From contig OZ365109.1 of assembly GCA_977030845.1 (NCBI GenBank), forward strand, positions 42,284,001 through 42,348,000: a stretch of 64,000 nt of DNA. The letters are read 5' to 3'. The position numbers were made by a program, and so were the translations under genes. The notes beneath the pieces were generated by a model, which ran no database searches, was not told where the DNA came from, and worked only from the letters and a program-made list of their open reading frames with translations. Position 1 is the first letter of the stretch. Every line of letters starts with the position of its first letter. This document shows positions 1 to 11,600 of the stretch, piece by piece. The DNA comes from Fimbriosthenelais zetlandica. Lineage: Eukaryota.

Positions 1-126
1 AGTTTGATCCAGGAGAGCTAAATAATAAAGTATTTTATAAAGATATATGAAAGTAGTCTTTGTTTTCAATTGGTAGGAGAACCTTTATACATATTCAAGT
101 CGGTATTAAAATAGTGTAGGAATGCC

Positions 127-132
127 TTTATT
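127..132 (-). terminator. Candidate polyadenylation signal (AATAAA on minus strand) of the decarboxylase gene
   Basis: TTTATT on the plus strand, about 80 nt downstream of the stop codon at 211. Confidence 0.5.
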
Positions 133-210
133 GGAAAGCATCAGCTGTTGGTTTGGGCACTTGAATGGGTAGTAAAGGGGAGTGGGTAGTGTATGGTAAT
201 CAAGACTACA

Positions 211-3200
211 CTACAAATCCTGACCCAACCTGTGGATCTCCTCTATAACAAAGTCCATGTCTTTATACGTGAGATCAGGGTTAGAAATGATGATCCTGAA
301 GAAGTTAACAAAACCTAGAGAGGCCAGCGGTTGATAGCCAATCATCATGGTGCCTTGAATCATCATACGGTCTTTGATCGTAGCTGTTACCTATAAGAAT
401 ACAATATAAACTTGTACAATTTTTAAAGTAAAAGCGCTAATGTATAAAAAGTAAAATTATACATTTTACCTTATGGAGTTTCTGCCACCAGTCCTCATTT
501 TCTTCCTGACCACGCAGACTTTGTGGAATGTACCAGAAGCATATATTTGTGCACTCAAACTAAAACAGAAATGCGATTGATTTTCACATTTTCATATTCA
601 AGGCAAAGCGTTTTTGTTGATTTTGAATATTATTGACGTTGAGGTGTTCTCACCTCGGGAAGGACCAAGCGAAATGCTTCATTCTCTCTCAAACGATTGG
701 TCAAGTACCTACAAAAATAAAAGGTAAGCAATCAGTTTCATTTATAGGTCAAATCAATCAGTCAATATATTAATCAATCATTCAGTCAATTGGATCATTA
801 TTCAGTGCTATATGGATCGATTGGCAAATCCAAAATTTTGCAAACGCAAAATAAATCAACATGTATTGTTTCATTTTATTTTTGATTGACCTGATCAACT
901 GACCAACGCAACTGAAAATAATTATGACCTACTGTGCATTGTCAAAGGCTTTATCTACGGTCCAAGCCATGCCTTCATCACCTCTAGCTCGCCATTGGAC
1001 CCACAGTTTGAATGGGTCAGCTCTCCTACCACACTGCAGCGATTTATCACCTACACAGATAAAGAGACATATTTTGAGCGAGGTCACAACCCCGAGCCAC
1101 TTTTCGCGGTAGGTGTGGTGAATAGTAATGCTTCAATTGTACCCATCTCTTGCGTTTAGACTCACCCGAATCAAATGATACATCATACCCTTTATCTTGC
1201 TGGAACAGGTAAGATGCCTTCATACCATTGCATTCTCCTAACAACGTCTATAGAAAAAAGTACACAATGTTAAGGTTTTTAGGTCATAAAAAACTACCGA
1301 TAGAAAAATCCTGTAATAAGGTTTCAACACAAGTTACAGTACCGAATGCTGAACCAGGAAAGCCGAACATTGCGTCGACGTTCGAAGCATCTTATGAAAA
1401 TTCCAAAGGATCGATTTGGCCCTGGAAATAATACTTTGATTTGAAATTCAGAGAAACCTAGGCTACTCATATACATGTGTCGCCTATACAATTAAAGAAT
1501 ACTAATTAAAACACTTGCTACAGAAAGTAAATACCTATGAACTCCATCCATTAAGTGTTTATATTTTTCTGATACGAGCACACTACCTCCCCATGCTGCC
1601 TGAAGATATACAAGTAAGTAAACATTAATCCTTACAACAAACGAGAATTAAGAGATTGGTACTATTATAGAATGTTGTCGAAAAAGGTTGTTTGTTCATT
1701 TGGTTGAAAAAATAATATGTATAATGACTTACATCGATGTGAAGCCACATATTGTGCTCCTGACACACATCAGCGATACTGTTAAAGGGATCAAAGGCTC
1801 CCAGCACTGTGGTGCCCCCAGTGGCCATCACAAACAACGGTACGCTGCCCTGTACAAACAATTAAATACGTGGGTGAATCTTTTGGAATGTAGGCCTCAA
1901 ATTGTATTTAATTAATAAATTTTATTCATTCCAACAAACTGACATTCTTTTGAAACTTTCAAAAAACATAATTCTAACAATCGTAAGCAAAATGTCATGT
2001 CCATTGCCCCTTCTGTCGAATAAAATTATTTCTCAGGTTCTCAAGGTCTTCCTGTAATATTTACATTGTATGACTATTATTTGTCCTTCATTACATACCT
2101 CATCCTTTGCAGCCTGCACTTTGACTTTTAGATCTTCTGGGTCCATTCGCCCTTGCTTGTCCACCTTGACGGAGATACAATTATCCATACCAAATCCAAG
2201 GAAGGATGCTCCTTTCTTCAGAGAGTAATGAGCCTTGGATAAATAAAACCACAGTTTGAAACAAGTATAGGTCCGGTGTACCAGGTAAATCAAAGCATTA
2301 GTATGGCCATTAATTTAGGAAAATCAGGGTCCCAAGGGGGATCAACAAAATGTGTGTGCACTGGCCAACGGATTCTTGTTCGCCAACTTTTCGTTCAGTA
2401 TCTAATATCTAATATCTTAGTTATTTCTTACGTCTTAAAATTACCTACATCTTCAGAACAGAACATGACCAATCTTTGAGAGCCAAATAATCCTTTATCT
2501 TTTAACGATTCATCATGTTGATAACGAGCAAGATGAAGGCCCATCATGTTTCCAAATGATCCACCTGAAACAAAAGATTCTCTGTGATATTATTTTGTCT
2601 TACTCTTAAAGTTTTATATTACTGCAGAGCTTAGTGGACCAACCCCAATGTACCTGAAACATTTCCAACAAATTAAAATATCTGGAAAATATTTTGATCA
2701 CCCACCAGGAGTGAATATCCCGTCATATTCTTTGAAGTTAATGATAGAACTGATCTTCTTCAGGAGGCTTTTCTCTGCCAGTATGAACACTGGAGCAACT
2801 TCATAGGTGTGCCTAGAAAGAAAAGTGAATAAATGTCTGTTGGGCCATCTATAAATGCCCACCTCCAGTTGAAGGTTTATAGTGTATGATTTCTCTTAGG
2901 ATATTGCATATATTATGGGCATCAAAGTTTAACAGTGTAGGCTACAGATCTGGTGTCAACCTAGGCTACAGATAAGGCCCATTTGATGTAAGTGATAATT
3001 TTAGCATCCCTTTAATTATGAAATGCCATGTAACACCGGGATGGTACTCACATATGTGTGTTAAGGGCATCAAGCAACACAGCACCACCCACTGAGTACG
3101 TATCAGCACCAGAATAGAGCTGATTAAAGAAATGCGGATGACCTGTAAAATGTGTAAAATATGTAAGGAAACCTTAATATATCCTAGGATAATTGTTGTT

Positions 3201-4198
3201 GTTGTAATGAAAGAAGAAAGTTACCTGTTTTCACTGAGTACTTGATTGCAGTTTGACATAACTTCAACATTTCATTTTTGTCTGTCCCCTTCTCAGTTAT
3301 ATCCATGTCAAGAAGTGCCTGGAACCAAAAGGCATTTCTCAGTGCATTTTTCCATAATCATTATCAAGTATCATTATATTTATAAATTTAGGATCAAATT
3401 AATTTGACATGTATATTGATTTCCAGGCGTGTTAACAGTTTATAGACTTTTGGTAGCTACACATGTGTATTCATCTTTCATTCATCAATGCCGCTTTAAA
3501 TTCTTATCCATATTTTAGGGGTCTTGTCCAACCTGTAGGTCTCTGGGCTGGGTGAATTGTATAACCTTCTCATCCCTTCTACCTCCAGCCAATAATTGAT
3601 GATCCTTAATCATTTTCCATACATCATCGGCAAAAGCTTCAGCGTCTATTTGGTCATATGCCTGAGTCTCTATAATTATAGTGTCATAGTATATTGTACT
3701 ATTAATTGTTCCGAACACAATTCTCTTTCTTCCAATATACTGACATATTTAAAGTGTCTTTTAACACGATAATATAATTATACATTGATCAAATCTCTGA
3801 AGAGTATTCATTACACATGTTCCCACGTGTTGTAGAAATATTTGAGTGGCAAAATCATTTTCACAGGGGATGGGGTTCCTGACCAATAGGACCCCCTGAT
3901 CCACCAATGATCAGCTTGAGTGAACTTGAAGAACCACATAACTACAGGATAATTGTATAACTAAAATAAGATCAGTCTGAAAACGAATCTGCACGAGGGA
4001 ATCAACTTGAACATCTATATCTATAAACTCACTCCGAGTTATGGAGAAAGCCATGTTATTATGATGAAAGACGGAGGATGGAGGAGGCCCACAAGTCCTG
4101 GAAGAATGAGCTGGAGGGGTGAATCTACTCCTGAGTAAGGTGCGCTTGTGTATAGCTTCTCTTCTCAGCACTGAGCAGACTGATGCTAGTAGGGACAT
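211..4198 (-). CDS. CSAD: PLP-dependent acidic amino acid decarboxylase (cysteine sulfinic acid decarboxylase / GADL1-like), complete, 543 aa
   Basis: 15 coding exons with GT-AG boundaries and consistent phases (minus strand): 4198-4033, 3669-3533, 3318-3225, 3142-3052, 2812-2706, 2564-2449, 2233-2099, 1849-1733, 1599-1535, 1421-1343, 1247-1166, 1050-933, 708-654, 559-470, 390-211. Total 1632 nt, ending in TAG. Group II decarboxylase motifs: [61 protein letters not shown]-lysine motif [33 protein letters not shown] bulky Y in NQLYSG points to CSAD/GADL1 rather than GAD65/67 (NQLS). The symbol is family-level only. Confidence 0.93.
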
Positions 4199-6299
4199 CT
4201 GGAGGATTAAGATGGATCAAAATGTTATGTAATGAATAACAGTTAAAAACCCCTTCTGATGCTTGCTTATTCAACCTTAATCCCAATTCCCAAGACTAAT
4301 ATATACACGTATGAAAAGTCCATTTCCCCCAAGAGGTCGTGGCTATGATCAATTGGCCCTGCCGAAATCGTTTTAAATAGAAATTACTGGCATAACTTGA
4401 ACCTATTAATAAAATAAATAACAAACCTGTGTATAGCGAATAATGCTTGGGAAGTTTTACCCTGAGTTGTACTCTTCTAGGTCAGAGGAAAATAAGTCAA
4501 ATCTGGAGTTAGGTCGTTTTAGGCATGGATTGCTATACATACCCAAGTGCATGTGAATATTTCAAATCTGGGACGGTACAGAATGCAACTATAGTTTTAT
4601 AGGCCATCACACTATATGTAGGTCCAAAAGGTCAATAATGATATTGTTATTAATAGATGTATGGCAACCTTCCAATAAGATAGGCCTACTAAAGTGCATT
4701 ATTCCTTTATTCATAACATATCAAACGCCATGCAGAAAATAATTATATATTGTGATAAATATCATCCAATTATCATGAATTATAACAAAATAATTATGCA
4801 CTTGAGGGTAATTATATAGGCCTACACAGGAATTTAGAAATTGTATTATAAAATATACATAATAACTCAATAAGATGTAATCGGGCCTATCTATATGTAT
4901 TATAATATCACTTATCTGAAGCTAAATGTTGGGTTTTTTTTGGTTTTTTAAAAATAAAATAACATTCTAATGCTGGCATATGGTGGCAGTTTGAATAATA
5001 AGCTGGCTCATCTCGAAGCACACCTTGCAGATGATGTTATCCAGCGATATAGTAACGTTATGCCTAGTTAAAACATGGTTAAATCCTCACATAAATAATA
5101 ATAAAATAAAATATGAACAACATAGAAATAGAGCGAGCCCCCCCCCCCCCCCCCCCCCCAACAAAAAATAATAATAATAAAAATTGGCAACTATAAAGAA
5201 TACAGTCTGGACAGGGGCAACAAAAAAGGCTTTTAAATGGGGTAACTTAAATTCAAACATTCAGGGGTTTGGATCTGACACGAATCTGGTACTAATTAAC
5301 TCAACATCTATTTTTTTGTGAATTTAGTGAAAACACGTCACATATATAATGTAGAGATATTCCCTGTAAAAGTAACCCTACCACATACCAAGCCATCCGC
5401 TATAATTCTTACCTTTAAACCCCCTCAATGCAACTTGGCAGCAATTCTGTTAAATCTGCAAGAAACTGCCTTTATATCCAACCGAGAGATTGTAATCCTT
5501 GAATACTTAACGCAAATTTACTAGATAGCAGCTTTCCACAAACCAACGAGAGTAAAATAGGGCCTACTAAACTCCTGAACAATTGGAGCAAGGACCAACA
5601 AATAACTCAATTAATTAAGGAACCAACCATCGCAACTGGAAACCTATAATTGGACCATGTAGGCCCTATATCACGGACCCAACGTACCGTATAGGCCTAT
5701 AGGCCTACATTAAACACTCCGGATATGCATAGGCCTATTTTGAGCTTAACAGCCCGGCCACTAGTGGGGCAGATAAGCAAACCAATCGCGGAAAACGGAC
5801 GGAATTTGCGGTAGACGCGTCTGATAGGCCTACTCTAGATAGGCCTACAGATCTATAGATTCCCTATGGTAGGCCTAGACGCGTAGACCTGATAGGCCTA
5901 CTAGATAGGGTACAGGCCTACGGATACGATTCAAATTTGTTCGCTACATGTAGGCCTATAGGCCTTAGCCTTATCAAATACATACATATCCAGATTAATG
6001 TAGGCCTATCGGTTCCAAGGCACAATGATATCTTATGAGGTAACTCCACTAAGGTTTTTTTCTTGCGTTCTTCATTAAAATGATTAATTTGCGATTTTCA
6101 TTAATTTTACGATTTGGAAATGTGACAGGCTTTGCTTTCAAGTGCGATGGTGGGGGAGCATATGCCTAATCGCGGCAGGTTCGAGCGATGCCGCACAAGA
6201 TTAAAAAGATTTAATATTTTCGCATGAAAATGGACCATTTGTGAGTGGGGCGATTGAGGGGCGATTACCGTGGTGGTTGCTGCGATCATAGAAGTAGAG

Positions 6300-6413
6300 A
6301 GCGATGAGCCGTGAACATCGCATTAGGCGGGAAATGCTTAAGCCAATAGGAAAACGTATAGATCTCACATGATCGGTAGCCTACTTCCGGTCGTACTGAA
6401 GCAGGCAAGCAGC
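6300..6413. promoter_or_regulatory. CpG-rich housekeeping-type promoter (CCAAT box, E-box, ETS site)
   Basis: CCAAT at 6343-6347, TCACATGA at 6365-6372 and ACTTCCGG (ETS) at 6383-6390, in a visibly CpG-enriched stretch (about 5760-6690), just upstream of a strong-context ATG. Confidence 0.55.
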
Positions 6414-6498
6414 ATGGTGCCGAAACGCTCTAAATCTTCCAAAAGGAAGGCTTTAAAGCTGTGGAAAACAAAAAAGAAATGCGAGGAGGACGAAGAAG
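6414..6498 (+). CDS. Orphan first coding exon (MVPKRSKSSKRKALKLWKTKKKCEEDEE, NLS-like); downstream exons not identified
   Basis: agcATGg Kozak context, 28 open codons plus 1 nt, then a consensus donor AAG|GTGAGT at 6499. Confidence 0.45.
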
Positions 6499-7374
6499 GT
6501 GAGTTGACTTCTTACGACATTTTTTGAGCGAATCCTGCGATGACGATTAAATTCTGAAAGATGATGCGATTCTCATGCTCATGCTGGGTTCTCATTAGAT
6601 AAAATATCCGTCCCTGTGACTGTGTGTTCCAGTGGGTATTAGGCCTACTTAAAGGGGCGCGAGAGGATCGCGGCAATCGCAAGAAAAAAAGCCAAGTGTC
6701 CCAGAGTTGGACCATCTATAATATAATATATTATATCACAAGAACCTGCATGTGCCCTAGCAGGAGAGACCCTGACTCTGATACACTGAAGGACCATCCC
6801 ATACATGCAGGACTAGTTTCTCGGGCTACATATGCCCCAAAAAGCCAATGAAAAGGTTATAAAAGGCTGTTACACCGGTATTGAATGTCATGGGGAAGTT
6901 ATGGCCTCCATTTCTCCCTCTCTGCCTCCCCCCCCCCCCCCCACCTCCACCTTGGATCCGCCCCCGAATCATGAGTTCATATTCTGATACATGTATTATG
7001 ATTATGGATCCAAGGAATCGGATACAATATTTTGGCAGCTATCTTGTAGGCCTACATATATATATTCAAGATGACCCCAACACCATGCAGGACATATAAG
7101 GAGGCTATCGTAATAATTTGGGATGACTTCTGTTTGTTCTTTCCAGGCGGCAGATTTCTATATCTTTGGCAACGGTCTACATTATATGCTTTAAAATTAG
7201 CAACCCGACCGCCTAAAACCGACCCCCTGGGCCCGATCAAAATGAATCCCTATCTAAAATCAGTATGAAAATGTTAGGAAACCAGACCCACCCTCCCCCT
7301 ATTGGGAATAATGTATGGTACCCTCAATAAATAACAAAATAACAAAAATAACAACAACCCAGGCAATCACATAC

Positions 7375-7520
7375 GTTTTTGTCCCGGAAGTGAGAGGAAC
7401 ATTTTCCGGAAGTACTGGCATTGTTCAGTTTGTTGTACCAAACACGCATGCCTGGTATGTCCGGTACAATATCTGAGTTTCTGGTCCGCTTAATCATTAT
7501 ACCCACAACCGGAAGTCAAA
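7375..7520 (-). promoter_or_regulatory. ETS-site cluster and candidate 5' exon of the decarboxylase gene
   Basis: Three CCGGAAGT sites (7384-7391, 7406-7413, 7509-7516). A minus-strand donor AAC|GTATGT at 7374 is followed by T-rich intron-like sequence. The ATG at 4198 is directly preceded by an acceptor (atcctccag|ATG), so an upstream exon is required. Confidence 0.4.
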
Positions 7521-8187
7521 TCCTGGTGACTGGGACCAGTCTGTGACAAGTAACTTATCCCCAAATTCCCTTAGAAAAATAACTTTCTCGATTTTTGTGA
7601 GTCATCCAGAGTCTGATACTGGTACAAGGTGAAGGTAGCATAAGCTATATTGTTTACCTTACATGCAGTGGTTCGGATAAATATAAGGGGCCTAATAATA
7701 CCTACTTTCTTCCAAACTATTGAAACAACAAAAATACTTCACCAAATGGGTCAATCTTATAAATCTGATAGGCTATAATAAATAATCATAATTAATGATT
7801 GCTAACGTTATATTCGTTTAAAATAACTTTGTATATGACCTTTTACTCAGTTTAGTGTGTATATGTTCAATTATTTCCCATGGTCCTGAAATTTTCCCAG
7901 TGATTCATTATGAGAATGAGTTACATCAGTAGAACATCAGTAACTGATTCCATAACAAATCTCTGAACATCTTGTCCCTGGTTCAAAAGCTATAACAATG
8001 ATATAACTTATGTTATTATTAGTGTAAGAAATCATAAGAAATCATCACAAATCTGATAAAACGTCAAAATTATGATCTTGATAATTTGACAGAAACCTCA
8101 TTGTCTGCCACAACTCTGGCATTTCTCCAGTCTCTTTTTCCCTAAAAACGGGAGGGTCTATCTAGCCCATTGATTTTATGAGAATTC

Positions 8188-8398
8188 AACCCATCCATCC
8201 ATCCATCGGTCCATTCATTTTTTGATCATTAACTCATCGATCATTGATTGATTGATTGATTGATTGAATGATTGATTGATTGATTGATTGATTCATTCAT
8301 TCATTCATCCATTCAGTTATTCATTTATTCAGCAATTCATTCAGTAATTTATTTATTTACTCATTCATTCATTGATTATTTATTATAATTCATTCATT
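8188..8398. repeat. Compound tetranucleotide microsatellite (ATCC/ATTG/ATTC)n
   Basis: Direct reading of tandem atcc, attg and attc runs. Confidence 0.9.
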
Positions 8399-8610
8399 AG
8401 GAAGGTAGAAGGGAAGTAAAGGAACCTGGTTGTGACACCCATATATATATAGGTGCACAGGGATGATGATGGGATCTCCCTTTCCTTTCCCACCCACGTG
8501 TATAACTATCATGCCTGGGCTTTCGGCCTATTATGGGAACTACCCACACACCCCTACTCACGCACCATATTATAAACATGGTCATGTAGGCTACCGAGGG
8601 ACTTTTACTA

Positions 8611-11600
8611 CACTGTTAGAATGAACTACATCAATGTCAGGTGATTTCACTTGGCGCGACCACAGCTTTTTATGAGCCATTTACCGATGTCCGTTTTACC
8701 TCTGCCAATTAACATAAATGGCCGCCATTTATTTTTGAGGCAAGGCTATGCTAATGCCAAGTACCTATGTCATGTGTTTTTAATTGGCGACACCAATTAA
8801 ATCTTAAATGGCCAAACCAATTATAGGATTAGGGAGAGCCTCTTTTCACTTGGCTATACCAATTAAATTATAAATGGCGGTACCAATTATAGGATTAGGT
8901 GGGCCTGGGCCATTTAGGTTTGAAATATTTATATTATTAATTTTTTGGTTAAATATGGTTGCAAATAATTTACCACTAATTATAGAATTAAATAAACGCA
9001 TATATGAAATATTATGTACAAATTTTATTCGATAATCCCTCGAATATATATACAAAATCTATGCATTATCACAATGCAAAGTCATCATAATAATCCAAAT
9101 AATTCATCAAAAAACAACAATGGAATCTATGTATGGAATAATTAAAGCGTTATCACATAATGCTAACGAGCCTAATCAAAATAGACATGGATGACAAATG
9201 GACACAATTGTACCAAAATGTTGATACTTTCATCGACACACAATAATAAATATCTCACAAATCTAAATATATAAAGAAAATGTAAGCATTATCACAGAAT
9301 GGTTTAATAAAAATCATTAGCATGGATAGTAAATGTACACAGGTGCACCCAAGATTCTGAAACATTCGTCACAAGAAAATATTAAATACCTCACAGGTAT
9401 TATTTTATCTAAATATAAAATAAGTAAAGTATTACCATAAAATGGTAAATAAACATAATTAACATGGAAGGTGAATACCTCAAAATATACAATAATTGAT
9501 TGCCTGATCGAGAGAGCGAAGTAATCGTACATTCAAACATGGGTGAATAGCACATACAGATGTCTCAATTTTACCGAGATTTGAAGCACTTAATACAAAA
9601 AAACAAAAGTTCCATCGTCACACTAAAATATTATTACCACTGAAATATAAATATACAGTAATTTAACTTTTAGATGTGATTAGATGGCTTCAATTCAGAC
9701 ATAGAGGGATATAATCGGTTCTCATTTTTAAGCCTGTGTCAGAAGGTCTCATGGTGAGAAATTATTCCATTACCCTGCATCATTTTCCTTGAAATGAATT
9801 AACCGCGTAAAATCAGCACTTTTTAGACAGTGCCGTTGTGTTGAATGTCATTTGTTCACATAATTTATATACAATTACATTCCAATATTCCATTGAAATT
9901 GTGCATATCGTGTCCCTTTTTAAACAGATCCGTGTCTCGTGTCCTCATGTCACAATAATGTCTCGATTTTAAGGTTGTGTTGTGGTGCCAATCGCGTCGA
10001 ATTTTACCCATTTACATATCCATACATACGGTTAAGTATTCTCATAGCATGTGTTACATGGCGACTTCAGATGCATTCCAGTTTGGTCAGCCTCATTTCA
10101 GATGATTTATGTTGGGTGAATTGTTTCCTTTACATGGGTACTCTGTAAAGAGAATAAACGAGGTGTTATAGCATAATATATTAATCTTAACAAAAAGGTT
10201 CAGAACTTTGGGAATAATAACTGATATTGTTGGTCAATGAATCATTAGTAAATATAATACTAACCTGTAACCGCTGTAATGTGTGTCAGTGCCTTCTTGA
10301 TGAGTGATGCCCATTGAATTGATATCAAACTTTGGATACCATCGAAACATACACGTGTACCGTTAATCTGAATTAAAAATAATAGAAATAAGAACAAAAG
10401 TATAAGTAAATTGTCTGAAAAGTCGCCTTACGAATTGCCGTCATATATATTCATAATATTTTTACAAAAATGGACTATGGATGTCTTATACCGGACAATA
10501 AAATTATATCTCAATATATTTTAACAGTAAGCATTTTCCCTCACACTTCACACTCACAGGGAAAGCTTCACCTCCAAAATGCATGGCAGGGAAGGGGGTA
10601 ACAGGTGGTAGCGTGACCTAATTATTCACCAATACTTATTAACACCTTTTTACATACTTCAAAAGTACCTTTCATATGACCTCAAAATAATGTGAACATT
10701 ATTAAATGTAAGAAATTCCACAGAATTACAAAGAGAAACTTACTCAAACTCCTGTGCCTCCATCACACACATGGCCTATGTCATAGGTTCCCTGGGTCCC
10801 TCCTGTTCATTGCCTATTAATAAAACAATACCGGATATTATACTCTGATAGTTTTAAAACATAATCACATGATAAAGATGCATGTATGACTGGGGATAAA
10901 TCCATGTTGCCATCTTTTTCCACACAAAGAATTGTCAAGTTGTACTGCTTGGGTCCCCCCCCCCTACATGGATAGATATCCCCTTAACATTCCCCTCATA
11001 GAGGCCGGTATTCCTGGGACTGACCCCGACATGCTTCCCCCCACCCCTTCCCCTATCACTCAAACAACGATCTCGCATGTTTTCCTGTCCCTCTCTAGCT
11101 GGTAATTCAATTCAAGGTCATGCATTATCTAAAACCATGCATAGGGATTCACATGTAATTCATGAGCATGTATATAGATATTCCGTAATGCTATACTTAC
11201 ATTAATATTGCCGCAAAAGTGTCCGTTGATAATGGCGACTCTGCTTCTGGGTTTCCTTCGGCTAGACAGGTCTCAATCCCGCATTAAATAATTAAAATCT
11301 ATTCTACCATCACGTTTTTGTTTGATTGAAGCAGATAAATTAATCCAAAGACCATTCCACTTGATGTGTAAATATCTCGCTGAAATTCCCATGTAAATGT
11401 ATGAACAAAACTTTAATAGTAGGCTAAATTATGTTGACCATTCAGGGAATAATGATATTAACTGCGGGATTGAAATATTAATCCTTCAGCAGCTTGTCCG
11501 GGGAGGGGGGGGGGGCACTCGGACTCGGAATCAAATATAGTACTAGGTAGTAGGGCTTGTTTTCTATCTGTTTTTAATCATTCATGTACCCCTTTTTACA

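Noticed and set aside
4427-4476. Possible 50-nt 5' UTR exon of the decarboxylase gene
   Set aside because: Splice sites are plausible but non-coding and unverifiable without transcripts.
6649-6690. TTAA|AGGGGCGC terminus as a complete Kolobok-like element
   Set aside because: No matching right terminus found; the CCCCTTTAA at 13720 lies inside PDZ coding sequence.
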